Shown here in pieces: positions 59,384 through 64,000 of a stretch of 64,000 nt of DNA. Source of the stretch: Gemmatimonadaceae bacterium (GTDB taxonomy: Bacteria; Gemmatimonadota; Gemmatimonadetes; Gemmatimonadales; Gemmatimonadaceae); the NCBI GenBank assembly GCA_044224875.1, contig JBGAJQ010000001.1, positions 96,001-160,000 on the forward strand. The letters are read 5' to 3'. The notes below the pieces were generated by a model. It saw only the letters and a list, made by a program, of their open reading frames with translations. It was not told where the DNA came from and ran no database searches. Within the stretch, counting starts at the first letter, position 1. Every line of letters starts with the position of its first letter. Both the position numbers and the translations under genes were made by a program.

Positions 59384-60295
59384 TCAGGTCATCGGCTTGA
59401 GGAGCCGCGCCGCGCGAAGTCGGCTCACCTTGAGCTTGGTGCCGTTGCGAAGAATTGCCACGTAATCACCGCCGAACCACGGTTGCACCTCGCGGATACA
59501 GTGGATGTTGACGACCGCCGATCGGTGAATGCGCACAAAGATCTTTGGATCCAGGCGCGCGGTGACATTCCGCAGCGAAGCGCGCAGACGATGCTTCACG
59601 TCGCCAACATGGAGGAAGACATAGTTGCGGTCGGCTTCAATCCAGTCCACATCGGTGGTCATCACAAAACGAACGCGGCCGTCCCCACGGACGGCGAAGC
59701 GCCCAATGAACCCTCGCCCCTCGCCTTGGGCGTCACCGTCCTCGTCCCAATCATCACTCGGCGCGCCGGCGGGCTCGCGCGATGCCGGAATCACGGGTGC
59801 CGACGCGGGCGTGTGCGCCACGCGTTCCTCCAGACGTTCAGGCGAACCACCGTTCCAACTCTGCACCACATCGGCGAGTCGACGCGCGAGTTCCGAACGT
59901 TGATGCTCACGCATGCGCTCACGAACGCGTTCCACCGCGCCCACAATGCGCCGGTCGTCGAAGGGTTTGAGGACGTAGTCGATAGCGTGTACTTCGAATG
60001 CACGCAGGGCATGAGCGTCGAACGCCGTCACGAATACCACGAATGGCATGCGATCGGCACCAACTCTATCGATCACCCCGAACCCATCGAGGTCCGGCAT
60101 CTGGACATCGAGGAACACGAGGTCGGGGGATGTGGCGTTGATCTCCTCGACCGCGGTGGCTCCGTCGGCACATTCGGCGATGATTTCAACACCGGTCGCA
60201 CGATCCAATGCCAGACGAATGCAGTCGCGCGCGAGCGGCTCGTCGTCAACAATCAGTACGCGAACGATGTCACGCTTCTCAGCTTGTTCAGTCAT
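59384..60295 (-). CDS. LytTR family response regulator
   Basis: IVDDEPLAR, FLDVQMP, VTAFD, YVLKP; LytTR WIEADRNY..FVRIHRSAVVN. Confidence 0.92.
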   Translation of the reverse strand: MTEQAEKRDIVRVLIVDDEPLARDCIRLALDRATGVEIIAECADGATAVEEINATSPDLVFLDVQMPDLDGFGVIDRVGADRMPFVVFVTAFDAHALRAFEVHAIDYVLKPFDDRRIVGAVERVRERMREHQRSELARRLADVVQSWNGGSPERLEERVAHTPASAPVIPASREPAGAPSDDWDEDGDAQGEGRGFIGRFAVRGDGRVRFVMTTDVDWIEADRNYVFLHVGDVKHRLRASLRNVTARLDPKIFVRIHRSAVVNIHCIREVQPWFGGDYVAILRNGTKLKVSRLRAARLLKPMT

Positions 60296-60412
60296 CAAGG
60301 TCCCGCCTTGCACTGCAGAGCGCACCGTGGCGGATCCATCTGCCGAATTGCGTGCGCGTAGGTTTGAGAAGTAACCCTGCGGCGCGGCAGCATTGCTTCA
60401 AGTCCAACAGGG

Positions 60413-60442
60413 CTCAACGGCGATTGGCGAGGTCTGAACGGT
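60413..60442 (-). promoter_or_regulatory. Candidate LytTR direct-repeat binding site
   Basis: Minus strand ACCGTTCAG-N12-GCCGTTGAG (21-bp period), upstream of the minus-strand LytTR gene. Confidence 0.55.
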
Positions 60443-60581
60443 TGGAATCGGCCCGGTCCTCAGCTGCACTCACCCCCGACCGCGCATGGCAACAGGTGAT
60501 GGCGGGATCCGCTACCTGTCTCGCAAAGGCAGCCTAACGCCGTGGGCCTGCAAAGGTCGGCGACGACTTCCCACAGACCGG

Positions 60582-60611
60582 CCCGTTTGTGAACCGTTGG
60601 CACCAGCTGGC
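60582..60611 (+). promoter_or_regulatory. Candidate LytTR direct-repeat binding site
   Basis: CCCGTTTGT (60582), ACCGTTGGC (60593) and CCAGCTGGC (60603, 21 bp from the first), upstream of the gene at 60722. Confidence 0.4.
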
Positions 60612-60721
60612 TCGCTCTGCCGCGGAAAAGCCCAGACTTTCACCGCCCGTGCGACCGCGGTCGCGTGCCACGATGTTCGGGCCATCTCGCAGATGGCGTC
60701 ACAGGCTTGCTGAGGTGTCGT

Positions 60722-61249
60722 ATGAGAATGCTGGTCTTTTGCTTCGCCGTTGCCGCCTGCTCGGCGGCAACGAGTTCGCAGAGCGGGATGTCAAGACAGT
60801 CGTTGGCGCCGTCCGCAGATGGATATGGAACGGAAGTTCAGGAGGGGCTGAGGCTTGCTAGGGCAAGCACGGCAAAATTTGTGGAACTCGATTCGGCGGT
60901 GGCGGCGGGCTACGCCCACGAAGTGCACGACTGCCTGTCTGCTGCGGCCGGTGGAATGGGTTTCCATCATATGAATCGCAGCTACATGGATACAAAGCTC
61001 GACGTGGAACACCCCGAGATCTTGCTCTATGAACGCCTAAAGAGCGGCAAATACTCGTTGAACGGAGTGGAATACATCGTGCCGTATCGCGTTTGGCCGA
61101 AAGACTCGATTCCTCCGTCCATCATGGGTCAGTCCCTTCGGCGGGCCGATGAACTCAATCTGTGGTATCTGCACATGTGGATATGGAAGTACAATCCATC
61201 CGGGCTGTTTGCGAACTGGAATCCGACGGTACATTGCGACAAGGCGTGA
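60722..61249 (+). CDS. Secreted hypothetical protein with His-containing motifs
   Basis: GAGG RBS; signal/lipobox-like VAAC; MGFHH, PEILLY, GVEY, LHMWIW, NPSGLFANWNP. Confidence 0.75.
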   Translation: MRMLVFCFAVAACSAATSSQSGMSRQSLAPSADGYGTEVQEGLRLARASTAKFVELDSAVAAGYAHEVHDCLSAAAGGMGFHHMNRSYMDTKLDVEHPEILLYERLKSGKYSLNGVEYIVPYRVWPKDSIPPSIMGQSLRRADELNLWYLHMWIWKYNPSGLFANWNPTVHCDKA

Positions 61250-61278
61250 GCCTTGGCATCACGTGAAAGGAGGTACCC

Positions 61279-62466
61279 TTGGCCACCGCAACAATCGACG
61301 GACTTAGCCCTGAGGCGCCCGACGTCGCGGTAGCGCAGCCGAATTTGCGACGAAGTGTGGCGCTGTCGTTCGCCATCTTCCTGCTCATCGGAGTGGCGGA
61401 GTCGGCAATACACGTTTTGCTGGGGCCGAGCGCGACAAGAACACCAACGTGGAGTAGCGAACTGCGCGGCAACATGCCCTGGTGGTTGCTATGGGTTGTG
61501 TTCATGCCGGCGGTGTTCGTGTTGGCACGCCGTTATCAGTTCCATGGTCCCAGCCGCCTAAAGAGCGCGCTGGCTCACGCCGGCCTGGGCCTGGTGATCG
61601 CAACGGCGCACGGAGTCACGTTCGCCGTCACCTTCCACGCGTTCACCGGCAAGGTGCTCGCGCCGACCTTCGCTGGGCAGGTTCGGTGGTTTGTATACGG
61701 GTATCTTCTGATGGACCTGATCACGTACGCCGCGTGCGTAGGCATCTATTGGTCCGTCGAGTACTTCTCGCAGTATCAGGCTTCGGCGCTGGCGGCGGCC
61801 CGGTCAGATGCACACGCCGCCAAGCTGCAACTCCGCCTGGCGGACGCGCGAATTCATGCGCTGCGCATGGAGCTCAACCCGCACTTCCTGTTTAACGCGC
61901 TGAATTCCGTGTCGGGGCTCGTTCGCAAAGGAGAGCAGGCGAGTGCGGTCGAGATGCTGGCCAGACTCGGTGAACTGATGCGCACAACGCTCAATCGCGA
62001 CATGCCGCCCGAGGTGCCGCTGGCAGAGGAAGTCGCCCTGTTGCTTCGCTTCCTCGACATTGAAATGGTCCGTTTTGGCGACCGCCTGCGTGTTGGGTGG
62101 GATGTTGGAGCTGATGTCTGGCAGGCGATGGTGCCCCCGCTGATCCTGCAACCCCTGGTGGAGAACGCGCTACGACACGGAATATCCCGACGCTCAGGTG
62201 CCGGCTTGTTGCACATCAGCGCTCGCCGCTCCGGGTTGCAGCTGGAGTTGGTCGTTCAGGACTCCGGCGAAGGCGTGCAGAAAGCCGCGCGACCCGTTGG
62301 GGCTGGCATCGGACTTACCAACACGCGCGCGCGCCTCGAGGAGCTGTACGGCACGGAAGGGGCATCGTTGGACCTGTCGAACGTGGCGAGTGGTGGTGCA
62401 CGCGCGCGAATCCTCCTGCCGCTGCACCTCAGTCGCACTGAACCAGATGCCGTCGCGCTCAACTGA
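61279..62466 (+). CDS. LytS/YesM-type membrane sensor histidine kinase
   Basis: AGGAGG RBS before TTG; about 4 TM helices; LNPHFLFNALN, LQPLVENALRHG, DSGEG, GIGLTN. Confidence 0.92.
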   Translation: MATATIDGLSPEAPDVAVAQPNLRRSVALSFAIFLLIGVAESAIHVLLGPSATRTPTWSSELRGNMPWWLLWVVFMPAVFVLARRYQFHGPSRLKSALAHAGLGLVIATAHGVTFAVTFHAFTGKVLAPTFAGQVRWFVYGYLLMDLITYAACVGIYWSVEYFSQYQASALAAARSDAHAAKLQLRLADARIHALRMELNPHFLFNALNSVSGLVRKGEQASAVEMLARLGELMRTTLNRDMPPEVPLAEEVALLLRFLDIEMVRFGDRLRVGWDVGADVWQAMVPPLILQPLVENALRHGISRRSGAGLLHISARRSGLQLELVVQDSGEGVQKAARPVGAGIGLTNTRARLEELYGTEGASLDLSNVASGGARARILLPLHLSRTEPDAVALN

Positions 62467-63295
62467 GGACCCGGCTGCGCCCGATCGGCCCCGGGTCGTC
62501 ATCGTCGATGACGAACCGTTGGCGCGGGACTGCGTCCGGTTGGCACTTGCCGCGACGTCGGCGGAAGTCGTCGCCGAGTGCGGCGATGGTCGCGAAGCCG
62601 TTGAGACCATCCGTTCACTCAAGCCCGATATCGTGTTCCTGGACGTACAGATGCCGGAGTGGGACGGATTTCAGGTGGTGGAGGAAGTCGGCGTTGGCGA
62701 CATGCCCGTCGTGGTGTTCGTGACGGCGTTCAATGCGCACGCACTACGTGCATTTGATGTGCACGCCTTGGACTACGTCCTGAAACCCTTCGACGACGCT
62801 CGTCTGCTCGAGGCATTCGAGCGCGCGCGGTCACTTGTTGCGGATCGCAAGCACGGCGAACTCGGTCGTCGGCTGAGCCAGTTCCTCCAGGACCTTCAGG
62901 CCGGTGCAGAAGCGCGCGACCCCAGTGTCACACGAGAAGCGGACACTCCAACCGTACGCGATGCCCCGTACGTGACGCGGTTCACGGTGCGCGACGACGG
63001 ACGTGCGCGATTCGTTCCCGCACAGAGCGTGGACTGGATCGAGGCGCAGCACAACAGCATTCTCCTCCACGTGGGTGACATCACGCACAAGCTGCGTGGG
63101 TCACTTCGCGAGCTCACCGAGCGACTCGATCCGCGTACGTTCGTGCGCGTCCACAAGTCCGCTATGGTGAATGTCGAACGTATACGGGAGTTGCAGCCAT
63201 GGTTTGGCGGCGACTACGTGGCGATTCTCCAGAATGGAGCGAAAGTCAAGGTGAGTCGCCGTCGCGTGTCGGCGCTGCTACGGCCGATGGCGTAA
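62447..63295 (+). CDS. LytTR family response regulator
   Basis: IVDDEPLAR, FLDVQMP, WIEAQHN, FVRVHKS. Start overlaps the kinase 3' end. Confidence 0.92.
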   Translation: MPSRSTEDPAAPDRPRVVIVDDEPLARDCVRLALAATSAEVVAECGDGREAVETIRSLKPDIVFLDVQMPEWDGFQVVEEVGVGDMPVVVFVTAFNAHALRAFDVHALDYVLKPFDDARLLEAFERARSLVADRKHGELGRRLSQFLQDLQAGAEARDPSVTREADTPTVRDAPYVTRFTVRDDGRARFVPAQSVDWIEAQHNSILLHVGDITHKLRGSLRELTERLDPRTFVRVHKSAMVNVERIRELQPWFGGDYVAILQNGAKVKVSRRRVSALLRPMA

Positions 63296-63356
63296 GTCCC
63301 GCGATGACCTGATGGAACGCGCACGCTCAATGGAACAGCGCGGTGCGGTCGGCGTG

Positions 63357-64000
63357 ATGGCTGAGCGACTGACATCTATAGATACGGCCCGCGGACTCGT
63401 CATGGTCCTGATGACCTTGGACCACGTCCGCGACTACTTTGGCGCCGCGGTCAATCCGACCGACGTGCGTACCACAACCATCGCCCTCTTCTTCACCCGT
63501 TGGGTCACGCACTTCTGCGCACCCACGTTCTTCCTGCTTACGGGTGTGGGCGCCTATCTGTCGACTGCACATCGGACCAACAACGACCTTTCGGCACACC
63601 TGGTAAAGCGCGGGCTGTGGCTGATGGTGCTGGAAACCGTGGTCATGCGCTGCCTGGCCTTCCAGTTCAATTTCGACTTTCGCGTGACCATGTTGTTTGT
63701 GCTGTGGGCACTCGGCTGGTCCATGGTCACGTTAGGCGTATTGGTGCGGTGGACGCCCAAGGTATCCCTGGTCTTCGGAATTGTCCTGATTGGCTTGCAC
63801 AATCTGTTGGACCCCGTGAGCCCGAAGCTTTTCGGGCCGTTCGCCCCCCTGTGGTCCATACTGCACCAGCCGAACTTTGTCGTCGCCGGACCACGAACGT
63901 ACGTGTTCGCCGCGTATCCACTGATTCCCTGGATAGGCGTGACCGCGTTAGGGTATGGAATCGCGCCAATCTTCCGTTGGGAGGCGGCACGGAGGCGTGC
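63357..64000 (+). CDS. DUF1624/HGSNAT-like membrane acyltransferase (partial, runs off the window)
   Basis: Manual translation MAERLTSIDTARGLVMVLMTLDHVRDYF..FFTRWVTHFCAPTFFLLTG..YPLIPWIG. Alternative ATG at 63330. Confidence 0.85.
   Translation, partial: MAERLTSIDTARGLVMVLMTLDHVRDYFGAAVNPTDVRTTTIALFFTRWVTHFCAPTFFLLTGVGAYLSTAHRTNNDLSAHLVKRGLWLMVLETVVMRCLAFQFNFDFRVTMLFVLWALGWSMVTLGVLVRWTPKVSLVFGIVLIGLHNLLDPVSPKLFGPFAPLWSILHQPNFVVAGPRTYVFAAYPLIPWIGVTALGYGIAPIFRWEAARRR

Noticed and set aside
1..64000. CRISPR arrays, tRNA/rRNA, IS elements, prophage or defence systems
   Set aside because: No regularly spaced repeats, RNA-gene signatures, transposase, integrase or phage genes were recognised by eye. 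A covariance-model scan would be needed to exclude small RNAs.

Overview
High-GC (roughly 65% by eye), gene-dense bacterial chromosomal segment. The gene content suggests Gemmatimonadota (inference): SusC/SusD pair, VPS10-like propeller proteins, DUF5916 proteins, a eukaryote-like Ser/Thr kinase, plant/chlamydial-type FabI and many lipoproteins. About 47 CDS were called. I saw no rRNA, tRNA, CRISPR array, integrase or transposase. Main blocks: two paralogous VPS10/BNR proteins (1.1-10 kb); a ThrE-cardiolipin synthase-VOC operon; fabI; a barrel-less Plug-TonB fusion; two ZU5-like lipoproteins ending in an HFS autoproteolysis-type motif, behind a candidate sigma54/IHF promoter; a ~16 kb D-amino-acid/peptide salvage region (three lipoprotein D-aminoacylases, succinyltransferase-racemase-M20 operon, GntR with candidate operator, M19 dipeptidase, D-cysteine desulfhydrase); TPR-HupE-DUF6702; two DUF5916 proteins around ccdA/tlpA; otsA (one in-frame TAA)-otsB-GH15; tandem M19 dipeptidases; an orphan HicB-HTH; susCD; and a LytS/LytTR system with two regulators. 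The most striking non-gene signal is the asymmetric heptamer CCTAACG/CGTTAGG, found at least 30 times on both strands and often using rare codons. All calls come from manual motif recognition; no database searches were run.
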